Under the pieces are notes generated by a model that ran no database searches, was not told where the DNA came from, and saw only the letters and a list, made by a program, of their open reading frames with translations. A DNA stretch of 64,000 nucleotides, taken from NCBI GenBank assembly GCA_021786315.1, contig JAJYNN010000002.1, forward strand, positions 334,997-398,996, written 5' to 3'. Source of the stretch: a bacterium (GTDB lineage Bacteria > Patescibacteriota > Microgenomatia > Daviesbacterales > UBA10151). This document shows positions 37,180 to 46,224 of this stretch, in pieces. How positions within the stretch are numbered: the stretch's first letter is position 1; each line of letters starts with the position of its first letter. A program made the position numbers and the translations under genes.

Positions 37180-38403
37180 ATGGAAACAATAGGTGATTAT
37201 GTTCATGAATGGGGTGGAAAACAGGCTTACCCCTGTCGAACCACTATTGACGATGAAACCTTCCGCGACGGGAGTCAGGCCTCTTATGTGCTGCAGCCCA
37301 CACTGGAAGAGAAGCAAACTGCGCTGCATATCATGGATGAGATTGGTATTGAGCATGCGGATATTGGTTTCCCCAGAAATGGTGAAACCGAGCTTGCTGA
37401 TGTGGTTGGGCTGGTCAGATACAAGCAGCGGAATGGTTTGAAAATTCAGTTAAGTTGTGCGGGAAGGACATTGGAAGAGGATGTCCAGTCTATTATTCAG
37501 GCTTCAGAAGCGGGGGGAGAGGCACTAAGGGCGGATCTTTTTATTGGGTCATCTGAGATCAGAAAACTGGCGGAAGATTGGGATTTAGTCAACCAGATGA
37601 TCCCTAATGTCAGAAAAAGTGTCACTTTGGCCGTAAAGGCGGGTTTGCCGGTGATGTTTGTAACTGAGGATACAACCAGGGCACATCCGGAAACTCTCCG
37701 TATACTTTATTCTGAGGCTATTAACTGTGGCGCGACTAGGATTTGTGTAGCGGATACTGTAGGGTATGCTACTCCACATAAAACTGCTGCTTTATTGGAG
37801 TTTACTAAAAAGGAGATCATCAAAGGCCAGGATATTAAGGTGGATTGGCATGGACACCGGGATCAGGGTTTAGCTTTAGCTAATGCGATAGCAGCTTTGA
37901 CTGCCGGTGTGGATTGTATTCACGCCACTGCCGGAGGGGTCGGAGAAAGGGCGGGTAATTTAGAGATGCATCTTCTCTTAAACTACCTCGTCCGCGAAAA
38001 TATTAATAACTATAATCTGAATCTACTTACTGAGTACTCTCAGTTTATGTCTAAAATTACCGGGGTTTCTATCCCGGTAAATGAGCCTTTAGTTGGGGAA
38101 GGTTCACTGGAGACTGCTTCCGGTGTCCACGCAGCGGCCATTCTAAACGCCCAAAAACACGGGCGTCCGGATTTGGCTGGAATTGTCTATTTTCCTTTTG
38201 ATCCGACAACGATTGGGCGCCGCATGGATATTAAAATCTCCCGCAAAAGCGGTCGGGCAAATGCCGTTCTGGTTTTAAAGGAGATGTTTAACGATGGCAC
38301 CGAAGATGAGGTTCAGGCTCTTTTGGCCGCCGCCCAAACAAGCAACCATTCTTTGTCTGACCAGGAAATCCGTTCAATTGCCAGAAGAGCTAAGAAATCT
38401 TAA
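37180..38403 (+). CDS. HMGL-like family synthase (2-isopropylmalate / homocitrate / citramalate synthase-like), short form
   Basis: 'DETFRDGSQ', 'VDWHGHRDQGLALANAIAALTAGVDCIHATAGGVGERAGN'; lacks the LeuA C-terminal regulatory domain. Confidence 0.75.
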   Translation: METIGDYVHEWGGKQAYPCRTTIDDETFRDGSQASYVLQPTLEEKQTALHIMDEIGIEHADIGFPRNGETELADVVGLVRYKQRNGLKIQLSCAGRTLEEDVQSIIQASEAGGEALRADLFIGSSEIRKLAEDWDLVNQMIPNVRKSVTLAVKAGLPVMFVTEDTTRAHPETLRILYSEAINCGATRICVADTVGYATPHKTAALLEFTKKEIIKGQDIKVDWHGHRDQGLALANAIAALTAGVDCIHATAGGVGERAGNLEMHLLLNYLVRENINNYNLNLLTEYSQFMSKITGVSIPVNEPLVGEGSLETASGVHAAAILNAQKHGRPDLAGIVYFPFDPTTIGRRMDIKISRKSGRANAVLVLKEMFNDGTEDEVQALLAAAQTSNHSLSDQEIRSIARRAKKS

Positions 38404-40346
38404 AGGTCTTTCGGAGAGCTTATTCGCCCCCGGATTGCGCTGGCAGCTACTACCTCGACATTGGCCAAAAAGGTGTTTCCCTTACCCATCCGTCCATAAA
38501 AGTTACGGTTAGTATCAGAAATAGTGACCTGATTCTCATTGGTTGAAGATCCGGGCCCGGCATTCATACAAGCTCCGCATCCCGGCATTAGTATCCTGGC
38601 TCCGCTTTGTTCAAAGATGTCAAAAAGGCCCAAACTTTTGGCTGTTTGATAAACAGCCCGGGAGTTGGCCTGGACATAAAGCTGGACATTACCGTCAACC
38701 CGTCGCCCATTTAAAATGGCTGCAGCTTTCTGGAGATCCTCTAAGTTGCCTCCGGTGCAGGAACCAATATAGGCAATATCAACAGGGACGCTGTTTTTGA
38801 CCCAGGATAAAGGTACGCCTCTTTGGGGATCGCCGGGCATGGCTACCATTGGCTCCAGCTTATTTAAATCAATATCTATCACATCGGCATACTGGGCGTT
38901 GCGGTCGCTTCGGACAAGTATGCGGGAAATTTCTTCCCGGGATAGTTTGTTTCGCCGTGCCAGGTGGCTAATAGTTTGTTCATTAGGCTCAATGATACCG
39001 GTGTAGGCGTTGCCTTCAATAGACATATTAGTTAAAACAGCCTGCTCGTCAAAGGGAATATCAGAAAGGGCAATTCCTCCAAACTCAAAAACCCGTCCGC
39101 TTCCCAGCCCCGAATCACGCAGCTTGGGCATAGCCAAGATATGCAGTATTAAATCCTTGGCGGTTACCCCGGCAGGCATTCTTCCGGCAATGTTGAACCT
39201 AATTGTTTCCGGGACAACCACGGCGATATCCCCAGTGGCCAATGAGGCCGCAAATTCCGAGGCGCCTTTACCGATAGCAAGCGCGCCTAAAGCTCCCAGA
39301 GTACAGGTGTGAGAGTCGTTCCCTACAATAACTTCACCGGGAAAAACATCATGTTTATGGAGCATCACCGAATGACAGATGCCTTCGACACCCTTATGCG
39401 GATCGTATCGGTAAACTTGGGCTTCTGAAAGGCTGGCAAAGTCATTTTGTAGCTGACGGAAAAATTGACTGGTAGAGTCATTCTCTAAAAGAGCCAGATG
39501 GTCTTCAAAAAAGGTAAAATTTTGTGGGTTGCGGATCCGGTAATCTTCTCCGAATTCTTTCCTCAAAGCGCCGATCCAAAGAGGGGATTGCAGCTCATAG
39601 CCATAACCATGATTGATTTGAATAAAGGCAGTTTGGCCGGGTTGCACATAATCAATACCGGCGGTTTCCTGGCTTTCGGGTTGCTGGACCACATGCCGGG
39701 CAATGATCTTTTCCACCATGGTCATTGGCCGCGCAACAGCACTTTCGGTAGAGAAGCGGGTTTTCCCTTCCAGCCTGGCTTGGGAGAAACCTAATAAACC
39801 TTTATGAAGAAGAATTTCTTTTTGCAAAGGATTTAAGCCGGAGATTAGCTGGTCAAAAGGAATCGGTTCCCGGTTCAGGAATCTTCTTCTGAGTTCCGGA
39901 TGATGGCCGTTAATAGTCATAATCCCATAGTTTTGACAATTTTCATAAAAAATACGTTCAAAACCAGAGGCGAGGACAAATTTAATGCCGCAGGCATCCA
40001 GGGCTAGAGGGGCATGTTCCCGGGAAGAGCCTCTCCCAAAAGATTTTCCGGCAACTACGGCTTCAAACCCGGCTTCCCGCATCTCACCCCGCCGAATTAC
40101 CTGGCTGGTTAATCCTGTAAGAAGATGGTCTCCCAGTTCCTGAGGGGTTCTGGAGGAGTAACAGGCAGCACTGGGGATAATATTATCGGTAGAAATAAAA
40201 TCAATTAAATCACCTTCATCGACATGGGTTAAAACGGATCCTTCCAGCTGGTGCCGGATTAAGTTGGGGTCTTTTGTAAGGAACAGAACTTTTCCCTGAA
40301 GTTTTATGGCTTCATTTTGGGAACCAATTTGTTTTTCCATGTTCAT
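38400..40346 (-). CDS. aconitase-family hydro-lyase, fused LeuD-like (N-terminal) and LeuC-like (C-terminal) domains (3-isopropylmalate dehydratase / homoaconitase-like)
   Basis: N-terminal 'FGRGSSREHAPLAL' (LeuD), 'GNDSHTCTLGALGALAIGKG', 'GSCTGGNLEDL', 'PGCGACMN' Fe-S ligands (LeuC). Confidence 0.8.
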   Translation of the reverse strand: MNMEKQIGSQNEAIKLQGKVLFLTKDPNLIRHQLEGSVLTHVDEGDLIDFISTDNIIPSAACYSSRTPQELGDHLLTGLTSQVIRRGEMREAGFEAVVAGKSFGRGSSREHAPLALDACGIKFVLASGFERIFYENCQNYGIMTINGHHPELRRRFLNREPIPFDQLISGLNPLQKEILLHKGLLGFSQARLEGKTRFSTESAVARPMTMVEKIIARHVVQQPESQETAGIDYVQPGQTAFIQINHGYGYELQSPLWIGALRKEFGEDYRIRNPQNFTFFEDHLALLENDSTSQFFRQLQNDFASLSEAQVYRYDPHKGVEGICHSVMLHKHDVFPGEVIVGNDSHTCTLGALGALAIGKGASEFAASLATGDIAVVVPETIRFNIAGRMPAGVTAKDLILHILAMPKLRDSGLGSGRVFEFGGIALSDIPFDEQAVLTNMSIEGNAYTGIIEPNEQTISHLARRNKLSREEISRILVRSDRNAQYADVIDIDLNKLEPMVAMPGDPQRGVPLSWVKNSVPVDIAYIGSCTGGNLEDLQKAAAILNGRRVDGNVQLYVQANSRAVYQTAKSLGLFDIFEQSGARILMPGCGACMNAGPGSSTNENQVTISDTNRNFYGRMGKGNTFLANVEVVAASAIRGRISSPKDL

Positions 40347-40415
40347 ACCCTATAATTATACTACTAAGGCTTTGAAATTTCAAATACTATATGCTATAAT
40401 TAATGGTAGTCAAAA

Positions 40416-41291
40416 ATGTTAACTGAACGCAAGAGTTATGAAATACCTCTGCCGGTTAAGTCAGAGGCTATGTTGCTTGATGTTAAAAACCCTCACGATT
40501 TAAGAGTGGCAGCCAGGTTAATGGCTGAAGGCGAGGCAATTATTATGCCGATATGTGGAGTTATGGGATTTGTTTGTGACGCTACCCAGGATCGAGGATG
40601 TGACCAGATCTTTGACCTTAAGGACCGTGATCGTAAACAACAACTCATTACTGCCGGAAGCCAGCTAACCAGGAGCCGCTTAATTGATTACCATAAATTA
40701 AATTCTTCCTGGGAAGGGTTTGACTTCGCCGGTATTTATGATATCCCTACCTTTGTTATCTTTCCTGCACAGGCTGGATTGCCAAGAATATTTATTAAGC
40801 CTGATCTTGAAGATCAGCAAACCGATACGGTGGCTGTTTGGTGGGCGAACTATTACTCAGGGATTAAGAGATTAGAGTCTTTTCTTCAGGAAATACGGCC
40901 TGATGCCTTTATTGGGGGTTCTTCCTGTAACCGCTCCCATCATGAAAGCATTACCAAAAGCGACCAGGCTTTTCGGGAATTTGGTAGAGGAAATGATCGG
41001 GTGGCAGCTATAGTTGTGGACAGTGCCTACGATCGGGGAGAGGGTTTAATTAACGGTTCCCATACCATGCTGCATGTTAGTGGAGACAAGATTAAACCGT
41101 TCCGCCCGGGGAGCGTGCATACTGATAGCTTCAGGACTATTTTAGGAGAACGGTTGGAAGTTCCTGCAGATTTTGAGGATTTACCTTCAGCAGCTCTTTT
41201 GGATGTTGCTCAAATTAGAAAGAACCGCCACTATCTCCGTCCGGAAACATTTTCCCAAAGAATTTTCCGTTTATTCCGGGTAACTGCATAA
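40416..41291 (+). CDS. divergent YrdC/Sua5-family domain protein (possible threonylcarbamoyl-AMP synthase)
   Basis: 'IIMPICGVMGFVCDATQDRGCDQIFDLKDRDRKQ' resembles YrdC 'PTDTVYGLGCD..KGR'; weak. Confidence 0.4.
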   Translation: MLTERKSYEIPLPVKSEAMLLDVKNPHDLRVAARLMAEGEAIIMPICGVMGFVCDATQDRGCDQIFDLKDRDRKQQLITAGSQLTRSRLIDYHKLNSSWEGFDFAGIYDIPTFVIFPAQAGLPRIFIKPDLEDQQTDTVAVWWANYYSGIKRLESFLQEIRPDAFIGGSSCNRSHHESITKSDQAFREFGRGNDRVAAIVVDSAYDRGEGLINGSHTMLHVSGDKIKPFRPGSVHTDSFRTILGERLEVPADFEDLPSAALLDVAQIRKNRHYLRPETFSQRIFRLFRVTA

Positions 41292-41364
41292 TTTAGAGAA
41301 AATTCCCCGGCCGCAATTATCTTACTGAAACTAATAACTAAAAACTGTTATACTTGAATTTAGA

Positions 41365-42852
41365 ATGTCTATCCTCGATATTCTGATTTTTGTGCTGACT
41401 GTCCTGGTTTTGGGAGGACTGTTCTACTACTCGTACAGCCGTAAAGTTGCGGCGACAATTAACACCTCTCATTTGGAAGCGCTTTGGGAAGTGGAGAAAT
41501 TAATTCTCAGCACCCTTAATTTCGAGGAGGTAGCTGAAAAAGTTACTAATGTGATTCTAACTGAGTTAGGTTATATGAAACTGGGTTATCAAATTGTGGT
41601 TTTGGCTTTGCTGGATGAGAAGAGGCAGAAATTAAAAAGAGTGGCCATTTCCCATACCGAGAGTGCCCAGAGGTTTATAGACAGCACCCCGGTTCCGTTC
41701 CAGCAAATAGAGATTTCTACTGATGAGGCTTCAAATATCGCGATTGCAGCCTTGATCGAGAATAAAACCAAGTTTACCAATAAGGTGGCGGATGTTTTGT
41801 ATCCGGTAATCGATGAAAGGTTTGTTGAGGGGTTGCAAAACGAATTAGGAATTAAAACCAGTATGGTGGTGCCGATTGTGCTTGGAAGGGAAGCGATTGG
41901 GGTGCTGATTTTTTCCGCTACTAAGGATGCTGCTAAAATTAGCGAACGGGAGAAGTTAATTATCAGGAGTTTTACCCAGGCCGTAGGTATTTCTATCCAA
42001 AATGCCCGTTTGTTTACTTCCTTAGCTTCAACTACCGATCAGTTAAGAAAGGCCAATATCAAACTTCAGGAATTGGATAAGCTCAAGGATGATTTTGTAT
42101 CTGTTGCTTCCCATGAACTGCGGACCCCGATGACGGCAATTCGTTCTTATACCTGGATGGCCTTAAATAGATCGGATGTGCCTTTATCCGACAAACTAAA
42201 AAGATATTTAAGCCGAACCTTAATTTCCACCGAAAGATTGATTAACTTAGTTAACGATATGTTGAATGTTTCCCGTATTGAGGCGGGAAGGATTGAGATT
42301 CGGCCGAAAGGCTTTGACATGATTGCTTTGGCTAACGATGTATTGGCTGAAGTTTCGGCCAAAGCGGCAGAGAAGGCTTTGAAGGTCCAGGTGGTTCCGT
42401 CCCAAATCCCCCAAGTCTTTGCCGATCCGGATAAAGTGCACCAGGTGCTTTTGAACTTGGTAGGCAACGCCATGAAATTTACGCCAAATGAAGGTTCAAT
42501 CACCATCAGTTTCTTTACTGACGGCAAGGTGGTAGAGACAGGTGTCAAAGATACCGGAACAGGCATTTCTCCCGAAGACCAGGCCAGGCTGTTTAAGAAG
42601 TTTGGAAGGTTGGACAACTCCTATGTGGCGGCAGCCACCACCGGAGGCACCGGTTTGGGGCTCTTTATTTCCAAGAGTTTAATTGATTTAATGCACGGCA
42701 AGATTTGGGCAACTTCGGAAGGCATGGGTAAAGGGGCAACTTTTGCCTTCTCTTTACCAATCGCCACCCCGGAACTTTTGGCGGAAGCGGAAAAGTATGT
42801 CCAAAAAGCTTCCGGAGGCGAGGCCAAGGGCTTGGAACCGGTAGCAATTTAG
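41365..42852 (+). CDS. sensor histidine kinase with N-terminal TM and GAF domain
   Basis: H-box 'ASHELRTPMTAIRSY', 'GTGLGLFISKSLIDLMHGKIWA' HATPase_c. Confidence 0.8.
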   Translation: MSILDILIFVLTVLVLGGLFYYSYSRKVAATINTSHLEALWEVEKLILSTLNFEEVAEKVTNVILTELGYMKLGYQIVVLALLDEKRQKLKRVAISHTESAQRFIDSTPVPFQQIEISTDEASNIAIAALIENKTKFTNKVADVLYPVIDERFVEGLQNELGIKTSMVVPIVLGREAIGVLIFSATKDAAKISEREKLIIRSFTQAVGISIQNARLFTSLASTTDQLRKANIKLQELDKLKDDFVSVASHELRTPMTAIRSYTWMALNRSDVPLSDKLKRYLSRTLISTERLINLVNDMLNVSRIEAGRIEIRPKGFDMIALANDVLAEVSAKAAEKALKVQVVPSQIPQVFADPDKVHQVLLNLVGNAMKFTPNEGSITISFFTDGKVVETGVKDTGTGISPEDQARLFKKFGRLDNSYVAAATTGGTGLGLFISKSLIDLMHGKIWATSEGMGKGATFAFSLPIATPELLAEAEKYVQKASGGEAKGLEPVAI

Positions 42853-42952
42853 AGGAGTCAGAGGAGTCAAACGAGCCAGATGGGTCAGAGGTTTAAGACA
42901 TTTGACTCTTTTGACTCAGGACGACAAAGTCGACCTCGACTCTTTTGACTCA
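42852..42952 (+). promoter_or_regulatory. GAGTCA/TGACTC direct and inverted repeat cluster upstream of a response regulator
   Basis: GAGGAGTCA x2 then TTGACTC x3 plus CGACTC; candidate operator/promoter. Confidence 0.3.
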
Positions 42953-42973
42953 TTTATGATATAAATAATAGCA

Positions 42974-43366
42974 ATGGATAATTCAAAAATTCGCATTTTA
43001 ATTGTTGAAGATGACCAGTTCCTCCGGGATTTTTACCAGGAGCTTTTAACTTCTGAGGGTTATGCAGTGGATGTAGCGGCGGATGGGGAAGTGGCTTTAA
43101 CAAAAATGCGCCAGGGCGGCTGGAACCTGGTTTTGTTGGATATCATGCTTCCCAAAAAAGACGGCTTAAATATTTTAAGGGACCTGAAAGTCCAGGGCCC
43201 GGCTGCTCCCAATGGCCCGATTGTAATGCTGACTAACTTAGGGAATGACACTATTATCAACCAGGCCTTTTCCATGGGGGCTACCGGATATTTAATTAAA
43301 TCTGCCTTAAATCCGGATGAAGTTTTGACTGAGATTCACAGCTTCCTCCAAAAAGCCAATGGTTAA
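42974..43366 (+). CDS. response-regulator receiver domain protein (stand-alone)
   Basis: 'ILIVEDDQF', 'NLVLLDIMLPKKDGL'; paralog of 35629..36057. Confidence 0.75.
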   Translation: MDNSKIRILIVEDDQFLRDFYQELLTSEGYAVDVAADGEVALTKMRQGGWNLVLLDIMLPKKDGLNILRDLKVQGPAAPNGPIVMLTNLGNDTIINQAFSMGATGYLIKSALNPDEVLTEIHSFLQKANG

Positions 43367-44132
43367 AGTCATCTTTGAAGCCCCTTCCTTCCTGGTTTTA
43401 GATAAACCCCCGGGACTTGTTACCACTTCCTCTGAAACCCAGAAAGAGCCTTCCCTGGAGGATATTTTAAAGTCGGAATTTAGGATTAATGTTGATCGCG
43501 GAGGCATAGTTCACCGGTTAGACAAGGATACATCCGGGCTTTTGGTGGTGGCCAAAACCCAAGGTGCTTTGGAAAACCTGCAGGCCCAATTTAAAAACCG
43601 GGAAGTCAAAAAACAATATCTGGCTTTGGTTCACGGGGCCATTACTGAAGCGGGAAAAGTGGAGGTACCCATTGGCAGGAATCCCGGAGACCGGGAAAAA
43701 TTTGTGGCGGACCCAAATGTTCCTAATGCCCGGGAGGCGGTGACACTGTATGAACCGGTGCAAAATTTTCAATTTTCAATTTTCAATTTTCAATCAATCT
43801 TCAATGATTTAAATAAAATTCAAACAAGAAAGTTGGAAAGATCTCAGTATGGAATTTTTACGCTGCTCCGTTGCTATCCTCAAACTGGACGGACGCACCA
43901 AATTAGGGTACATTTAAAATACATCGGATTTCCCATCGTGGGGGACGGGAAATACGGTGGCCGGAAAACGGGCAGGTTAGACCACAGGTGGTGTCCCAGG
44001 CAGTTTCTACACGCTGCCAAGTTAGAGTTTAATGACCCCCAGACTGGAGAAAGATTGAGCTTTGAAAGTGAGCTGCCCGAGGATCTGCAGCAAGTTTTGA
44101 AGCTCCTGCAAGGTGACGCCTTGCACGAGTAA
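43359..44132 (+). CDS. RluA-family pseudouridine synthase carrying an in-frame repeat-derived insertion
   Basis: 'GIVHRLDKDTSGLLVVAKT', 'TGRTHQIRVHL'; insertion 'QNFQFSIFNFQSIFND' encoded by (CAATTTT)x4. Confidence 0.8.
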   Translation: MVKVIFEAPSFLVLDKPPGLVTTSSETQKEPSLEDILKSEFRINVDRGGIVHRLDKDTSGLLVVAKTQGALENLQAQFKNREVKKQYLALVHGAITEAGKVEVPIGRNPGDREKFVADPNVPNAREAVTLYEPVQNFQFSIFNFQSIFNDLNKIQTRKLERSQYGIFTLLRCYPQTGRTHQIRVHLKYIGFPIVGDGKYGGRKTGRLDHRWCPRQFLHAAKLEFNDPQTGERLSFESELPEDLQQVLKLLQGDALHE

Positions 44133-45852
44133 TATGAGCGGATCAAATGCTTTATTTTTACAACTGGCGGCGGTTTTAGGCCTGGCGGCTGCGGCCGGCA
44201 TGATCACCAAAGTCTTACGTCTGCCCCTGGTGGTGGCCTATCTTTTAACAGGGGTTATTCTCTCGCTTTTGCCCGTTTTTAATATCACCAGTTTTCAAAA
44301 CTTAAGTTTCTTGCCGGATATCGGCATTGCCTTTGTTTTATTTTTTGTGGGTATGGAATTGGATCTACAGGAGATCAGGGCTTTGGGGAAGCCTATTTTA
44401 GTTGGAGCTTTGGGGCAGATTTTAATTGCCTTTTTAACCGGTTTTTACCTATCCACCTTATTCGGTTTCCCGTCCCAGGAAAGCTTTTATCTAGGGGTGG
44501 GGCTTTCCTTTTCCTCCACCATTGTGGTGGTCAAGCTGCTGTTGGAAAAAAGGGACTTGGGCTCGCTTTACGGCAAGCTTTCCTTGGGGATCCTTTTAAT
44601 TGAGGATTTAGTGGCCATCACCATTCTTATGGCCATGACCATACAAAGCTCAGTTTTTCACTTAGGGTTAACAGAAAGCCTGCCTCTTCTAATGTTGATA
44701 GGTAAAGGTATCCTGCTTTTAGGGCTCTCTTTAGGCTTGTCCCGTTATGTTTTAGCTAAGGTTTTTGAAGCCGTTGCCCATTCAGCTGAGCTTTTGTTTC
44801 TTTCATCTTTAGCCTGGTGCTTTATCTTTATCGCTGTCTCACTTGTTTTGGGTTTTTCGGTAGTGATTGGGGCGTTTTTGGCAGGGGTAGCTTTGGCTAA
44901 TTCTCCCTTCCACTTTGAGATTCAGGGGAAAGTCAAACCCTTGCGGGACTTTTTCACCACCCTCTTTTTTGTCTACCTGGGGTCGAAGGTGGTATTTACC
45001 GATGTCGGTTCAATCTGGCCGCTGATTTTGGCCTTTACTGCCTATGCCATGTTGATTAAGCCGGTGGTTTTCCTGCTTATTTTGGGTTGCTTTGGCTTCA
45101 GGAAACACACCATTTTCCAGACAGCCATTAACTTATCCCAGATCTCGGAATTTTCTTTGATTATCATGGTGGTGGGGACTAGGGTGGGGGTGGTTTCCCA
45201 GCCGGCTTTGACCGCGATGGCTTTAACCGGGGTGATTTCCATTATTGCCTCTTCCATCATGATTTCTTATTCCCGGCAAATTTACCGGTACCTTTTACCG
45301 TTCGTTGGTTTCTTTGAACACCGCAGCTTTACCCATCAAACTGAGGACAAAAAGAACGGGAAAGAAATGGAGGACCATGTGATTTTAATCGGCGCCCACC
45401 GGATTGGCGGGGAAGTGTTGAAGTTTTTAAAGCGGGCCAGTATTCCTTTCCTGGTTTTGGATTTTAACCCGGAAGTGGTCCAGAGATTAACCGATGAAAG
45501 GGCCCATGCTTTGTATGGTGATGTGGGAGACCCGGAAATTTTGGAATTTTTGAATCTGGAAAAGGCCAAGCTGGTAATTTCAACAGCGGACAATATCGAT
45601 GATAATTTAGTTTTGGTGGCAGAGTTAAAGAGAAGAAAGGTCAAAGCGGTGACGATGATCCGGGCTTCCTCAGTAACTGATGCTGAACTGCTTTATAAAG
45701 AAGGTGTGGATTATGTAATTTTACCGGAGATTGTTTCCGGGGACTTTGTCTCGGAAGTTTTGCAAAGCCACTGGCCGAATATGAGCTATTTCCGTAACCG
45801 GACAGATGTCGAGCTGCGCAAACTTTCCCGTTCCCACCTGGCCTTTGGGTAA
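44113..45852 (+). CDS. CPA2 cation:proton antiporter with C-terminal RCK/TrkA-N domain (KefB/KefC-like)
   Basis: 12-13 TM Na_H exchanger region then 'HVILIGAHRIGGEVLKFL' Rossmann. Confidence 0.8.
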   Translation: MTPCTSNMSGSNALFLQLAAVLGLAAAAGMITKVLRLPLVVAYLLTGVILSLLPVFNITSFQNLSFLPDIGIAFVLFFVGMELDLQEIRALGKPILVGALGQILIAFLTGFYLSTLFGFPSQESFYLGVGLSFSSTIVVVKLLLEKRDLGSLYGKLSLGILLIEDLVAITILMAMTIQSSVFHLGLTESLPLLMLIGKGILLLGLSLGLSRYVLAKVFEAVAHSAELLFLSSLAWCFIFIAVSLVLGFSVVIGAFLAGVALANSPFHFEIQGKVKPLRDFFTTLFFVYLGSKVVFTDVGSIWPLILAFTAYAMLIKPVVFLLILGCFGFRKHTIFQTAINLSQISEFSLIIMVVGTRVGVVSQPALTAMALTGVISIIASSIMISYSRQIYRYLLPFVGFFEHRSFTHQTEDKKNGKEMEDHVILIGAHRIGGEVLKFLKRASIPFLVLDFNPEVVQRLTDERAHALYGDVGDPEILEFLNLEKAKLVISTADNIDDNLVLVAELKRRKVKAVTMIRASSVTDAELLYKEGVDYVILPEIVSGDFVSEVLQSHWPNMSYFRNRTDVELRKLSRSHLAFG

Positions 45853-45861
45853 AGGCTTGAT

Positions 45862-46053
45862 TTGATCCTAAGATTTTCTTACACTGGATATATGGGGAAG
45901 GTAAAGAAAAACGTCCTGGTTTTTGCCCTGGGTGTTTCGGGTTTATTGCTCACGTTGGCTGGTTTGGGATTAATTCAACTAAGTTCCCCATTAATCCTTT
46001 ATTCTGGTATTGGGCTTTTGGCGCTTACAGCTTTAATGTACTTTTTTGGCTAA
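45862..46053 (+). CDS. small membrane protein
   Basis: 63 aa, 2 TM. Confidence 0.3.
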   Translation: MILRFSYTGYMGKVKKNVLVFALGVSGLLLTLAGLGLIQLSSPLILYSGIGLLALTALMYFFG

Positions 46054-46074
46054 AAAGGAGGTGTTTTTTAAAAC

Positions 46075-46209
46075 ATGGGTTCTTTTGGAGGTTATTTTAA
46101 AGGCGAACAAAAAAAGAAGAAAAAAGGACAGGAGAAGGGATCATCTTCCGGGTATGCCCCGGTTTTTACTCCACCCAAAATTATTGAGAAAGGCAAGAAA
46201 GACCGTTAA
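46075..46209 (+). CDS. small Lys-rich protein (44 aa), not in ORF track
   Basis: strong SD AAAGGAGGTG 12 nt upstream; 'MGSFGGYFKGEQKKKKKGQEKGSSSGYAPVFTPPKIIEKGKKDR'. Confidence 0.35.
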   Translation: MGSFGGYFKGEQKKKKKGQEKGSSSGYAPVFTPPKIIEKGKKDR

Positions 46210-46224
46210 GGCCTAAAAGTTGTT

